NCBI GenBank assembly: GCA_024640185.1
Contig: JAHEFN010000002.1
Location: 1-25,448 of the forward strand
DNA length: 25,448 nt
Origin: Gemmatimonadota bacterium
Lineage (GTDB): Bacteria; Gemmatimonadota; Gemmatimonadetes; Gemmatimonadales; GWC2-71-9
Direction: 5' to 3'
Shown here: positions 25,137 through 25,448 of the stretch, piece by piece
How positions within the stretch are numbered: the first letter of the stretch is position 1
Layout of the letters: every line of letters starts with the position of its first letter
Translations under genes and position numbers: made by a program
Notes under the pieces: generated by a model
Database searches by the model: none
Told to the model about the DNA's origin: nothing
The model's input: the letters and a program-made list of their open reading frames with translations, nothing else

Positions 25137-25448
25137 TCAGCTCCCCCCGCCACACTTCCAGGCGGTCCGCATCGAGGGGATCGTCTCGCGCTTCTCGGTC
25201 CTGAGGAACGGCAGGATTCCGTCGGCGAAGCCCCGGATCCGCTCGTCGGCATGGATGGCGGCGAGCTCGAACGCCGCGATCGACCGATCGACCAGTGCGA
25301 CGTACTCGGGCAGCTGGCTGCACGACTTGGCGTCCACGATGGTCGTGCGCAGCGGTGTCACCCGCGGCCAGAGGGCATCGGCGGCGAAGAACCCGGCATA
25401 CGTCCGCATCTGCTCGTTGGTGGTCTGGGTCGCGAACACCCCGTCGGA
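25137..25448 (-). CDS. Hypothetical protein, C-terminal part (5' end outside the window)
   Basis: Frame is open from the window edge to TGA at 25137. Amphipathic, helical-looking sequence (TYAGFFAADALW...CSQLPEYVALVDRSIAAF...AWKCGGGS) unlike the R/G/P-rich shadow frames. No family recognised. Confidence 0.7.
   Translation of the reverse strand, partial: SDGVFATQTTNEQMRTYAGFFAADALWPRVTPLRTTIVDAKSCSQLPEYVALVDRSIAAFELAAIHADERIRGFADGILPFLRTEKRETIPSMRTAWKCGGGS

Noticed and set aside
1-25448. CRISPR arrays, IS elements, integrases, toxin-antitoxin or defence genes
   Set aside because: No regularly spaced repeats, terminal inverted repeats or matching protein motifs seen; nearly all bases are explained by core genes.

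Overview
A GC-rich (roughly 70% by eye) chromosomal window in which every gene I can support lies on the minus strand. In transcription order (right to left): C-terminal part of a hypothetical protein (truncated by the window edge), tRNA-Asp(GTC) with its promoter and an intrinsic terminator, then a division/cell-wall (dcw) cluster rsmH-ftsL-ftsI-murE-murF-mraY-murD-ftsW-murG-murC-ftsQ-ftsA-ftsZ. The cluster runs on into an M23 peptidoglycan endopeptidase (coupled to the ftsZ stop), a vWA/MIDAS-motif membrane protein, a 984-aa FAD/Fe-S 2-hydroxyacid oxidoreductase, ftsY, a 4-TM protein, a sodium:solute symporter, and the 5' end of recG (absent from the ORF track; translated by hand). Protein N-termini resemble what I recall of Gemmatimonadota (inference, not a database result). 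No mobile element, CRISPR array or defence system is visible; this is mostly housekeeping DNA. The most interesting points: (1) no mraZ, and rsmH starts 6 nt after the tRNA terminator U-tract with no Shine-Dalgarno (SD) or room for a promoter; (2) normally near-invariant motifs are degenerate in FtsW, FtsI and MurG while catalytic residues are kept; (3) the ftsZ-M23-vWA extension; (4) a probable CTG start coupling an uncharacterised membrane protein to the symporter behind ftsY. Many starts in the ORF track are over-extended and are corrected here. All motif comparisons use consensus sequences recalled from memory and need real alignments.
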